54,024 nucleotides of DNA from Pseudomonas phage PMG1, in sequence record NC_016765.1. The stretch is one strand, 5' to 3'. How positions within the stretch are numbered: the first letter of the stretch is position 1; each line of letters begins with the position of its first letter. Of the stretch, positions 36,345 to 44,492 are shown piece after piece. The notes beneath the pieces were generated by a model. It was not told the DNA's origin. It did not search any database and saw nothing but the letters and a program-made list of their open reading frames with translations. A program made the translations under genes and the position numbers.

Positions 36345-36533
36345 TTAGAGAAATCCAAGATCCTTTACGAGCCTTTTGCCCGCATGGGCCCTGGCATATG
36401 CTTCTGCTCTTTCAACGTTCAGGTGCGTGTTACAGAGACCGCATTGAATCCAGAAGGGAAACCACCATCTCTTGATCTGAACTTCGTAACCGGCATAGTC
36501 GTCGCTAACGATTCGGTATCGGTTCTTCAGCAT
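36345..36533 (-). CDS. hypothetical small protein
   Basis: 62-aa ORF upstream of erf. Confidence 0.4.
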   Translation of the reverse strand: MLKNRYRIVSDDYAGYEVQIKRWWFPFWIQCGLCNTHLNVERAEAYARAHAGKRLVKDLGFL

Positions 36534-36682
36534 CTTGCGCTCCAGTTAGAAAGGGAAGGCGCTTACGGCGCCACTCGGCAGCGTCACCCCTGCGGGATGA
36601 ATAGCGTTGCGCTAGAAGCCGCTGCTGCGGGTGTTTTCTTCATGCCGCCCACCGCCCGCTGGGGAGGCCGCAGTTATCCGGA

Positions 36683-36847
36683 TTACCGGCCTGCTGCGGA
36701 CAAGTGCGTAATGGGCTGTTCTGCGGTGGACTCGCCAGTGATTGCGCCGCCGAGATCGATTGCCTTGAACACGATCAGGATCGCAACCATCGCGCCTAGC
36801 AGGGTGCGCTTGGTGTAGAGCATGATTCGCTTGAGGTGGGTGTTCAT
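36683..36847 (-). CDS. small membrane protein (54 aa)
   Basis: ATGA overlap with MTase stop; SD GGAGA; single TM (LLGAMVAILIVFKAI). Confidence 0.35.
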   Translation of the reverse strand: MNTHLKRIMLYTKRTLLGAMVAILIVFKAIDLGGAITGESTAEQPITHLSAAGR

Positions 36848-37677
36848 GATGTCTCCATGTAAGCGGCTATGAACTGCGTCGCCGCTTCAGCATTGATGGC
36901 GTTTCCGTAGGCGCGCAGGCGTCCCACTCGGGAGGGAGCCCCATGAGCCAGCGGGAATGTGCCGGGTTCAACTGGCCGCCACTTTCCATCCCGGCAGAAG
37001 ATCCAGTCAGCATCTGCCCAGAGGCCGTTAACCGGGCCGGGCCTGATAGAGTCGCTATCGCATTCAGCCCATTCGGGGCGTTCTCCCGATAGCTCACCTT
37101 GCCGCGCTTCTCTGCATCGTTCGCTGTACAGGTCGGCCAGCCTGCCAGGGTGAACGCCTGTTCGCTCAGTGGCTTGCCCCTGGAATGTTCCAGTCTTCCT
37201 GCCAGCCATTCTTCGGTTGCCGATGCGCTTTTCCAGTCCCTTGCCGACGGCGTGCCCCACCCAGTACGTCCGGTCTCGGATGTGCGGGGCACCGACGCCC
37301 GCAGACGGGAACGCAACAGCCCCGAAGGCATACTCCATGGCTTCCAGGTCAGCTTGTACAAGGTCGAGCCAAGGCTCCGCGTCCTTGCTTGCAACCTGCT
37401 CACCAAGGACTTCTCCAGGGCGGCGCTGGCGGATGAGCCAGGCAAAATGTGGCCAGAGATGACGCGGGTCATCAAACCCAGCTCCTTCGCCTGCCGAGGA
37501 GAAAGGTTGGCAAGGACAGGAACCGGTCCAAACAGGTCGATCATCTGGCCAGCCGGCGCGGCGAAGGGCGAGCGACCAGACGCCGATTCCCGCGAAGAAG
37601 TGGCATTGTGTGTAGTGCTTGAGGTCATCTGGGTGAACATCCTCGATCGATCGATCGTTCGTCGACGTCGCCAGGTG
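36844..37677 (-). CDS. DNA (cytosine-5)-methyltransferase; start codon unresolved
   Basis: Same frame contains motif I FFAGIGVWS, motif IV CPCQPFS, motif VIII PHIRDRTYWVG, motif X GNAINAEAA; in-frame TAG at 37678-37680 with no ATG/GTG/TTG between it and motif I. Confidence 0.6.
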   Translation of the reverse strand, partial: HLATSTNDRSIEDVHPDDLKHYTQCHFFAGIGVWSLALRRAGWPDDRPVWTGSCPCQPFSSAGEGAGFDDPRHLWPHFAWLIRQRRPGEVLGEQVASKDAEPWLDLVQADLEAMEYAFGAVAFPSAGVGAPHIRDRTYWVGHAVGKGLEKRIGNRRMAGRKTGTFQGQATERTGVHPGRLADLYSERCREARQGELSGERPEWAECDSDSIRPGPVNGLWADADWIFCRDGKWRPVEPGTFPLAHGAPSRVGRLRAYGNAINAEAATQFIAAYMETS

Positions 37678-37838
37678 CTATGTGGCCGGCGGCGATCAGG
37701 TTTCGAAGCCACTGAGCGGCATATGGGTCGAATTCGTTGTAGTAGGCGCCAGGCATGGCGTTTCCTCAGGAGGCCGGCACCGGATGCAGTTGCATTGCCC
37801 GATGCGCTGGCCTGTTGTGCGGCAGTAGATGGGGGCGT

Positions 37839-38189
37839 TCACAACGGCGCTCCCTGCAACTGACACTGGATGGCAAGCTTCAGTAGGTTGCGAGTGGTCG
37901 GCTTGAAGCCTTCCGTATCCGGGAAGTACTCGTAACGATGACCCTCCGGGTACGTCTCGAACGGCCCGTACCATTCCCAATTCATTAGCCAGTCTTGCCA
38001 GACCGTGTAGGCGTCCTGTCCTTCGCCCCAGTAGTCGACACCGCCGCCGACGGAGAGAACATGCCGAACTCGGGTGCCTTGCTCATATGCGAGTTCAGAT
38101 GGTTCTTCGTCGCGCCAGGCGCTGCGGTAGAGCGCTGGGTAAAGCTCCACCAGCCTCTTGCTCAATTTCTTCTCGATGCGCGCCTTCAT
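37839..38189 (-). CDS. hypothetical protein (116 aa)
   Basis: ATGA overlap with upstream gene; SD GGTGA. Confidence 0.45.
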   Translation of the reverse strand: MKARIEKKLSKRLVELYPALYRSAWRDEEPSELAYEQGTRVRHVLSVGGGVDYWGEGQDAYTVWQDWLMNWEWYGPFETYPEGHRYEYFPDTEGFKPTTRNLLKLAIQCQLQGAPL

Positions 38190-38842
38190 GGTGTCACCCG
38201 CTTGAACTCGACGACCCAGACCCAGGGGTTGGCCTGCCAGGCGCCGGCTCCGTTCAACTGCTCCCAGAGGAAGCCGAATGCGCCCTTGGCGGTATCGCCC
38301 CAGCAGCCAATGTCCGAGCATGCCTGCCGAGCGTGGTCGCATGGCTCGCCGCGCACTCCCTCTGCCAACGCCTGCTCTTCGCTGATGTCCTGCAGGCGCT
38401 CGACGCGAACAGCGGTGATCTCCAGCAGGATGCGGGAGGCCCAGCGGGGCATGTGGATACTTGGCTTCCATTTGCAGTGGAAGTAACCGTCGGGATCGAC
38501 GTATTCGTTGTTGTCACCGCTGGCGCGATAGGCGCAGTGCGCTTGGTCCTGGAACTTCGTCATGTCCTTCCACCATGACTGGTTGGCGGCCTGCTCCTCA
38601 TCGGAAATCAGAGGCCCTTGCCATGCTTCCCGCACCCACAGCCGATCGCCGGGCTGGCCGTAGGGGCATGCTCGGTCGAAAACATGCTGAGGCTCGTGCT
38701 CCAGCACCAAGGCGCCCGGGGCGTAGATGTTTCCTAGATCAGGATGTTTGACGGGCTTTGCGATGCGCCGGGTGACCGTCTTCCGGCCTTCCAGGATGGC
38801 TCGGACCATCTGGTCGTTGAACAGGATTGGCCGCTCTTTCAT
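38186..38842 (-). CDS. ASCH-domain-like phage protein
   Basis: N-terminal ILFNDQMVRAILEGRKTVTRR typical of ASCH/PUA-like prophage proteins. Confidence 0.5.
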   Translation of the reverse strand: MKERPILFNDQMVRAILEGRKTVTRRIAKPVKHPDLGNIYAPGALVLEHEPQHVFDRACPYGQPGDRLWVREAWQGPLISDEEQAANQSWWKDMTKFQDQAHCAYRASGDNNEYVDPDGYFHCKWKPSIHMPRWASRILLEITAVRVERLQDISEEQALAEGVRGEPCDHARQACSDIGCWGDTAKGAFGFLWEQLNGAGAWQANPWVWVVEFKRVTP

Positions 38843-39009
38843 TCCTCTTGCTCCTCAAGCTTCGTCAGTCGGGCCAGCATTTCACTGGTTAGCTGCTCAT
38901 GGTCTTCTTGACTAAGGACTGGCATGGGCACGAACAGGACGCCCGTATTTTTGAGGATCTGTGCGGCCTCTATGGCCTTGCGGAGTAAATCGACTGGTGC
39001 GTGCTTCAT
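38839..39009 (-). CDS. hypothetical small protein (56 aa)
   Basis: ATGA-coupled at both ends. Confidence 0.4.
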   Translation of the reverse strand: MKHAPVDLLRKAIEAAQILKNTGVLFVPMPVLSQEDHEQLTSEMLARLTKLEEQEE

Positions 39010-39119
39010 AGCCCCGCGACCTCCACAAACGCCACGGCGAACATGAACACGCTGCCCACAAAAAAGCCGCCGAAGATCAGGACTTGGGCGGCCTCTTTCA
39101 GGTCTATGGTGATGGTCAT
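39006..39119 (-). CDS. hydrophobic peptide (37 aa)
   Basis: SD GGAGCG; MTITIDLKEAAQVLIFGGFFVGSVFMFAVAFVEVAGL; ATGA-coupled. Confidence 0.35.
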   Translation of the reverse strand: MTITIDLKEAAQVLIFGGFFVGSVFMFAVAFVEVAGL

Positions 39120-39286
39120 GGCGTGCGCTCCTTTACCTTCATTCCGATCTCAATTCCTTTGCAGAATCCTTCGAAAACGCACACTGTTAGGAAGTCTGTG
39201 TATTCGCCTTCACCATGGTTGTGGCGCTTCTTCTTGTAGATGGTTAACTCTCTCTCGAAGAGTTCGCGCATTTCATCCTTTGTCAT
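39116..39286 (-). CDS. hypothetical small protein (56 aa)
   Basis: same 16-nt initiation region as 39119 gene; ATGA-coupled. Confidence 0.4.
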   Translation of the reverse strand: MTKDEMRELFERELTIYKKKRHNHGEGEYTDFLTVCVFEGFCKGIEIGMKVKERTP

Positions 39287-39546
39287 GGCGTGCGCTCCAT
39301 GGCGGCGTCGATGGCTTTGTCCATCACCTGTCCGCACATCATGTACTCGTTGAAGTACTTCTCTACCTTGCTGTTTGTGCAAACAACTCCGGGAATTGAG
39401 TTCTTGTCCCGCAGCCACCGATACCGCTTAGCATCAGCCTCAGCAGCGATAAGTCGCTCAGCCAGTTCATACAGCGCAGAGATGGGGCACGGAATCGAAT
39501 CTATGCAGCCATCTGCCAACTCCGCCAACTGCTCATCACTGATCAT
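39283..39546 (-). CDS. hypothetical protein
   Basis: 87 aa, ATGA-coupled. Confidence 0.45.
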   Translation of the reverse strand: MISDEQLAELADGCIDSIPCPISALYELAERLIAAEADAKRYRWLRDKNSIPGVVCTNSKVEKYFNEYMMCGQVMDKAIDAAMERTP

Positions 39547-39968
39547 GCTGCATCCTCCATGTTCTGTTCCTGATACTGTGCAAGGGCTTCTGCTGCGTAG
39601 CCTGCTGCGATTGGTTCGGCAAGCGCCTTAATCGCTTCGGCTGCATCGCCTTCCGGGAAGAAGTTGTGCAGGTTCGCCAGGGCGTCGCATGGACGGCGGT
39701 CGGCCACGGCCATGATCACCGTAGCCAGCAGGCGCTCCCGGTCGTTCTGCAACAAATCGATCAGTTTCTTGTGAAGCTCCTCGCGCAGCAGATCGGCCTT
39801 CAACTTGCTGCACCAGAACCCTTTGCTGTGCAGATCAACATCGCAGTCGCCGAGCAGCGACTCCACAGCATCGAGCTTCCAGTTTGCGTACTCGTCTGAG
39901 GCGAGCCAGAGTTCCATCGGATCCTCTGCTGATGGAGGCTTGCGGTTGGCTAGTGCTGCTATGTTCAT
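39543..39968 (-). CDS. hypothetical protein
   Basis: 141 aa; strong SD GAGGTGAGAC; first gene of ATGA-coupled chain. Confidence 0.45.
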   Translation of the reverse strand: MNIAALANRKPPSAEDPMELWLASDEYANWKLDAVESLLGDCDVDLHSKGFWCSKLKADLLREELHKKLIDLLQNDRERLLATVIMAVADRRPCDALANLHNFFPEGDAAEAIKALAEPIAAGYAAEALAQYQEQNMEDAA

Positions 39969-40026
39969 GTCTCACCTCGCGTTCGCGTGCATGCGGCAGC
40001 GTCCTGTCTCGCTGTCGTCATACAGG

Positions 40027-40053
40027 CGAAAAAATGCCCGGACTTGCCGGGCT
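40027..40053 (-). terminator. rho-independent terminator (minus strand)
   Basis: minus-strand GCCCGG-caagt-CCGGGC followed by ATTTTTTCG. Confidence 0.5.
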
Positions 40054-40210
40054 AAGAGGGGGAGGGTGGGGATGGCCTGGATGCCAGCCAGGCAAGCGGT
40101 GGTAAAACGTCAACAGTGGCGTCACCATTGGTGGAGAGGACAACAGCTCGCCGCTATTCGTACGCCCGCCTTGGCAGGCCCGCTTACTTCATCCTCATTG
40201 AAGGGTGGCG

Positions 40211-40438
40211 TTAGGCGGTGGCCTTTACCTTTGCTAGCTGTTTCTCCAGCCATTCGATAGCAGATGCTTTAGCTTCTTCCTTACTACCAAGACGCTCAGC
40301 GATCGATAGGCTTCTGCGGGCCTTGCATCCGTACTGGTTGATACTTTCAAAGATGTCGCATCCATCAATTCGGACAAAATATCCGTTACCGCACTTGCCG
40401 ATATCTACATCCTCTATCCAGTTCTTGAAATCGCTCAT
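40211..40438 (-). CDS. hypothetical protein (75 aa), low GC
   Basis: SD AGGAGA 6 nt upstream of ATG; Cys-rich MSDFKNWIEDVDIGKCGNGYF... Confidence 0.45.
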   Translation of the reverse strand: MSDFKNWIEDVDIGKCGNGYFVRIDGCDIFESINQYGCKARRSLSIAERLGSKEEAKASAIEWLEKQLAKVKATA

Positions 40439-40454
40439 TCTGTTCTCCTGCCTG

Positions 40455-40640
40455 TCAGGCGTCTTGCGGTGGTTCGGGTATGGGCGTCCAGTGAGTAGGC
40501 TCATGAAACCTATTCCCGCAGCATTTTCCGTTCACCACCCAGTCAACGAATGCCCATCCGCGAACATCCTTTGCTTTCATGTCGCACATCAAGACAAGTA
40601 CTCCTTGTGGTGCTGTCTCGATTGGCTTCCACTCACTCAT
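40455..40640 (-). CDS. DUF551-like small phage protein
   Basis: MSEWKPIETAP... with W-rich C-terminus as in DUF551. Confidence 0.45.
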   Translation of the reverse strand: MSEWKPIETAPQGVLVLMCDMKAKDVRGWAFVDWVVNGKCCGNRFHEPTHWTPIPEPPQDA

Positions 40641-40736
40641 CTCTCACCTCACCAATACATAGTCAGAAACAGCACAACGAACAGCGCTGCGAACTCGCCA
40701 AGTGATGGCATGGATTCCTCTCTTGCGCGCGACTTG

Positions 40737-41225
40737 CTACTGAAGGATGAGAATCTTGCGGACGGGGCGGACACGGAGGACGCACGTCTTGCTTAAGTCG
40801 TTCGTGTTGCCGTCGTGGAAGCCCGTGCCGAAGGCGCGGTTGGCGGAGTACTGCGAACTCGACCAGTACCAGCGATCCGAAAAACCGGGCAGCTCGCCTG
40901 CTTGTTTGGCGGAGAACAGAAGAGCCAGTTCCAGAGCAGAGGGAATGAATACGCCGGCTCCGATCTCCAAAGCCTGCTTGGCAATCGGGCTGCCAGCTTC
41001 AGCCATGGCGACCGTATTCGAGGCGCCGTCTCGGTAGCTGACGGCGCCGCCCACGTCCTGGCCGTATTCGCCCCATTCGCCAGTGAACTCTGCGCTATTG
41101 CCAAGATCGATGTAGGCGTATTCCTTGCCATTCAGCCAGTGGCGGGCAAAGAAGGTTCCATCGGCCAGGGGTTGGCCGATTTCAGGAAGTTCACTCGGGT
41201 GAATCGAATCGGGAATGGTGGTCAT
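40737..41225 (-). CDS. DUF1566 (Lcl C-terminal-like) domain protein
   Basis: LPGFSDRWYWSSSQYSANRAFGTGFHDG...VLRVRPVR matches DUF1566 consensus. Confidence 0.55.
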   Translation of the reverse strand: MTTIPDSIHPSELPEIGQPLADGTFFARHWLNGKEYAYIDLGNSAEFTGEWGEYGQDVGGAVSYRDGASNTVAMAEAGSPIAKQALEIGAGVFIPSALELALLFSAKQAGELPGFSDRWYWSSSQYSANRAFGTGFHDGNTNDLSKTCVLRVRPVRKILILQ

Positions 41226-41298
41226 GGCTGGTTTCCTTTTTAGGTTTGCCCTGGGTTGGGCGATAGGGCGCCCGGATGGGTAAATGGGTTGGAGCTGG

Positions 41299-41505
41299 TT
41301 ATGCCCCGCGAACCGGGGCGGTTGGATTTCCTCGATGCGCCTGTCTCCAAGCGCATCTGAGAAATCTTGGTGTTTCTCGCAAACCCTCACGCCGGTAGCC
41401 GGTGGTGAGCGCATTGCGCATTTCGTACCGTCCAACAGGTCTCACTTGCCTACCTCCGCAAACGATGCCCGATTGCAGAAGCGTTACTGGCGCCTGTTGG
41501 CTCAT
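41299..41505 (-). CDS. Arg-rich 68-aa ORF in early-left leader (speculative N-like)
   Basis: first ORF downstream of PL-like promoter; very basic; region also rich in RNA hairpins. Confidence 0.25.
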   Translation of the reverse strand: MSQQAPVTLLQSGIVCGGRQVRPVGRYEMRNALTTGYRREGLRETPRFLRCAWRQAHRGNPTAPVRGA

Positions 41506-41570
41506 ACCTGGTTGTTAAAGAGCGGTCGGCTCGGTGGCCTGGCGCTGCGTTGTTCTGCGGCGTTGAGGTG

Positions 41571-41599
41571 AGTATGAGATTGCTCATATTCGTTGTCAA
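41571..41599 (-). promoter_or_regulatory. PL-like early-left promoter with operator palindrome
   Basis: minus-strand TTGACA-17 nt-CATACT; perfect palindrome TATGAG-attg-CTCATA overlaps spacer/-10; adjacent AATGAGTTTCCCC related to OR repeats. Confidence 0.4.
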
Positions 41600-41630
41600 T
41601 GAGTTTCCCCATATTTTTTCTTGAGGACAT

Positions 41631-41655
41631 GAAAAAGCCCGCGCTAGGCGGGCTT
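41631..41655 (-). terminator. terminator after cI-operon membrane gene
   Basis: minus-strand AGCCCGC-ctagc-GCGGGCT followed by TTTTT. Confidence 0.55.
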
Positions 41656-41674
41656 ATGGCTCCTTTGGAAGGTT

Positions 41675-41944
41675 CTAGCTGCGGCGTCTTAGGGTGAATC
41701 TCCTAGCGGCCATGCCAAACAGGCAGAAAATGGCGCCTGCCGCTGATTTGGCCAGAAGGATAGTAGTAGGGTGCTGCTCCCAGGCAGGGATACTGCCTGA
41801 AAAGGCAAGCGTGATAGCAACATATACACACGCAGAAATCAGCACCGAGACTCTGTTACCTACGAAGAATCCGATAGCCGCGCAAAGAACGAACGCTAAG
41901 GGGTCAAGAAGGGAAGCTGCTAGGTAAGCGATGAACACAACCAA
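41675..41944 (-). CDS. small polytopic membrane protein co-transcribed downstream of cI
   Basis: 89 aa, ~3 TM helices, 10-nt gap after cI; occupies the position of lambda rex/sieB-type exclusion genes. Confidence 0.5.
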   Translation of the reverse strand: MVVFIAYLAASLLDPLAFVLCAAIGFFVGNRVSVLISACVYVAITLAFSGSIPAWEQHPTTILLAKSAAGAIFCLFGMAARRFTLRRRS

Positions 41945-41953
41945 AGTGACCTC

Positions 41954-42625
41954 CTACCCAATGCCGCCACCGCGCCATATGACGCGACCTATGATTGGAA
42001 GTTCATGAACTGAGCTTTCACTAGCCATCTCATCCGGATAAGCGGACTTATCTGGATTGTCGCTACGGATTAGCCACGCTCCTGTTAACTGCTGGTTAAG
42101 GCGCTTGATGCTCACGCCGCCATCCGGCCTCCGGATAACATAGACCTGCTTGTCCTGTGGGTCTGTCTTAGAGGTGTCAAAGAGGACCACATCTCCCTCG
42201 AATATGTAAGGCTCCATGCTGTCGCCATCGGCATAGATGACAAAGAGGTTTTCCGGCTTGGAGTTGACGCGCTTCAGCCAGTCCCGCTTGAAGACAAGGC
42301 CCTCGGTGGTCTCAACATGATCATTGAAATACCCGTCTCCGCACTCGCCGCGGGCAGTGTACTGAGGTATCAAGGCGTAGTCCTTTTCGCTCGGAGCTCC
42401 TGGAAGAGCCTCCTTATTGCTGTTCATTTCGCCGTGCCCAGCAGCAAGCCATAACGCACTCACCCCACAGGCGGACGCCAATTGAGCAATATAGGACGTT
42501 CCTTGAGATTTTCCCTGCTCAAGGTTGGAAATTGAGGTCTGATCCAGGCCGACTCTCTGAGCTAGTTGAGCCTGGGTTAGTTTGGCGTGCTTACGCGCGG
42601 CCTTGATGCGATCTTTGAGTTCCAT
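41954..42625 (-). CDS. cI: CI-like repressor (XRE-HTH plus S24 LexA-like peptidase)
   Basis: N-terminal HTH ([21 protein letters not shown]); C-terminal S24 (GDSM...KR) autocleavage domain; ATG 42625 has no SD, alternative TTG 42661. Confidence 0.8.
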
Positions 42626-42662
42626 CCGAAAATTATCATGGGCACTCCCATGTCCTTGCAAA

Positions 42663-42697
42663 TGAGTATTCCCTGCGTTACCGTATGAGTATTCCCA
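42663..42697. promoter_or_regulatory. OR operator: two direct 12-bp repeats ATGAGTATTCCC spaced 23 bp
   Basis: exact repeats at 42663-42674 and 42686-42697 in the cI-cro divergent region, directly upstream of cro SD. Confidence 0.45.
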
Positions 42698-42711
42698 TAA
42701 GGAGGGATGCT

Positions 42712-42933
42712 ATGACCACCATCTACAAAGAGCTCGTCGCCCATTTCGGGACTCAAGACGAGACCGCCGCGAAGCTCGGCGTTGACCAAAGCACTGTGTC
42801 TGGATGGGTCCGGGGAAAGCACGGGATGTCTCCTGTTGTTGCGAAGCGGGCTCAGGTTCTGACCGACGGGAAATTCAAGAAAGAGGACCTGTGTCCGGCT
42901 TTCCCGTGGGAAGTGCTGTCGGCGGTTGCCTGA
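42712..42933 (+). CDS. cro: Cro-like HTH regulator
   Basis: SD AAGGAGGG; 73 aa; HTH AAKLGVDQSTVSGWVRG. Confidence 0.6.
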   Translation: MTTIYKELVAHFGTQDETAAKLGVDQSTVSGWVRGKHGMSPVVAKRAQVLTDGKFKKEDLCPAFPWEVLSAVA

Positions 42934-42934
42934 C

Positions 42935-43243
42935 ATGACAGCCAGCCAATTAAACCCCGAGCAGGAAGCAAGGGCCCGCAAGAACTACAGCCTCATCGTG
43001 CAACGACTTGCATCGGTTGGAAATGCGCCGGTTGCGCATGCAGTCGGTTGCGACGAGTCGACGATCAGCCGGATGAAGCCGGAGAAGTTCTTGGAGTTCG
43101 CCCGGATCTTGGCTGTGCTGGACCTGAAGGTCGTAGGCAACGAGATGAAGTGCTTCAACGAGAAGGAGATCGCCGCGATCTTGCACCTGGCGAAGTCGAA
43201 GCTCTCTGAGGTCGAGAGTGTCGAGCAGTTGGAGTGGGACTGA
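42935..43243 (+). CDS. cII: CII-like transcriptional activator
   Basis: VAHAVGCDESTISRMKPEKFLEFARILAVLDLKVVG parallels lambda CII (AEAVGVDKSQISRWK...LLAVLEWGVV). Confidence 0.65.
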   Translation: MTASQLNPEQEARARKNYSLIVQRLASVGNAPVAHAVGCDESTISRMKPEKFLEFARILAVLDLKVVGNEMKCFNEKEIAAILHLAKSKLSEVESVEQLEWD

Positions 43244-43506
43244 TGGCTAGACGTCCCAAGCACATCAACGCGCTACTGGACCGGGCCCTGGCCGGAATGG
43301 GCGGGGTGTCTGGAGAGCCGGCCGCTTCTCGAGAGGAGTACCAACAGCTAGCCGCTGCTGCGGCTGAAATGGTTGGTTCGAGCTTTACCAAAGACCGGAA
43401 ACGAAAAACCGCAGGACTGTGCTTGCAGTACCTGCGGCTTTCATTGCGTGCGCCGGCTGCAACCGGTGAACGCAGGGAACATCACGAACGGACGGACAGA
43501 GTATGA
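43243..43506 (+). CDS. hypothetical protein
   Basis: ATGA-coupled to cII; 87 aa. Confidence 0.4.
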   Translation: MARRPKHINALLDRALAGMGGVSGEPAASREEYQQLAAAAAEMVGSSFTKDRKRKTAGLCLQYLRLSLRAPAATGERREHHERTDRV

Positions 43507-44492
43507 GCAATATCGTTTCATTACGCAACACCGGGGGGTTTACCCGGATGGACAACAGCTTGATGGAATCGCTGGCCAAGGTGGATTTGCCTGCCCGCGA
43601 GTTCCGAGTGCTTTTCGCGATATGCCGCCAGACGATTGGATATCAAGTTGAGGCAAAGCGCCTCACCGCTGACGAGATTGGCTCGCTGACCAACATGCGC
43701 CGCGACGTGGTGTCAAAGGCGATCAGCCATCTGCTGGAGAGGCGCATCCTGTTCCGCATCGGGGGAAGCCGCGGTGAGCTGGGCGTTTCTCCCGACAGCG
43801 AATGGGTATTCCATGAGCAGAAGAAAGAACGTCTCAGTGAGACCAAATCATCTCACTCGGACAATGTGATCTCACTCGGCGATAAGGTGAGTGAGACCAA
43901 AACTGCTCACTCCCTTCTCTATACAAAGAAAGAAGATCTACCCCCTGAAACTGTTCCTTCGGAACAGATTTCCGCCCCCCAGGGGGCTGATCACGCTCCG
44001 GTCAAGAAATCCAACGGGGTTTCGTTCGATGGCGAGGACTTCCAAGTCGAACCGGCCCTGATTACCAAATGGGCCAACGCGTACTCCCCGGTTGACGTCG
44101 AGGCAGAGATCGCACGGGCTGCCGTGTGGGCTGCTGCAAATCCCCGGAAGGCCAAGAAGAACTGGCGCATGTTCCTGGTCAAATGGCTGGCAAAGAGCGC
44201 CACCAACTCCGTGAGCGAGACTGGCGTTCCGGTCGACAAGATCATTGACCTGTACCACCGTGTTTGCCCGAACCTGCCGGCTGTCTCGGTTGTCGGCGAC
44301 AAGGTTCTCCGCGCCCTGATCGTTGAGCGCTGGAACGAGAGCGATAAGCACCAGGCGAGCCCGCTGTGGAAGACCGTGTTCGAGCGGGCCAATCGCTTGA
44401 GCCAGGTCTGGTATCGCGGAGCCAATGTCATGCCGCGCCTTGAGGTGATCTGCTCGCGTGCCGTGTTCCGACAGTTGGAGGAGCAGGCATGA
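43503..44492 (+). CDS. replication initiator, lambda O-like N-terminal domain
   Basis: FTRMDNSLMESLAKVDLPAREFRVLFAICRQTIGY matches Phage_rep_O domain; followed by DnaB. Confidence 0.7.
   Translation: MSNIVSLRNTGGFTRMDNSLMESLAKVDLPAREFRVLFAICRQTIGYQVEAKRLTADEIGSLTNMRRDVVSKAISHLLERRILFRIGGSRGELGVSPDSEWVFHEQKKERLSETKSSHSDNVISLGDKVSETKTAHSLLYTKKEDLPPETVPSEQISAPQGADHAPVKKSNGVSFDGEDFQVEPALITKWANAYSPVDVEAEIARAAVWAAANPRKAKKNWRMFLVKWLAKSATNSVSETGVPVDKIIDLYHRVCPNLPAVSVVGDKVLRALIVERWNESDKHQASPLWKTVFERANRLSQVWYRGANVMPRLEVICSRAVFRQLEEQA

Noticed and set aside
36867-37863. 281-aa minus ORF and 254-aa plus ORF overlapping the DNA methyltransferase locus
   Set aside because: The Dcm motifs I, IV, VIII and X all fall in the third (36844 frame) reading frame; the other two frames are artefacts even though one contains superficially MTase-like strings
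37696-37980. 94-aa minus ORF upstream of the methyltransferase as possible MTase N-terminus
   Set aside because: Separated from the MTase frame by an in-frame TAG and its sequence carries no MTase motifs
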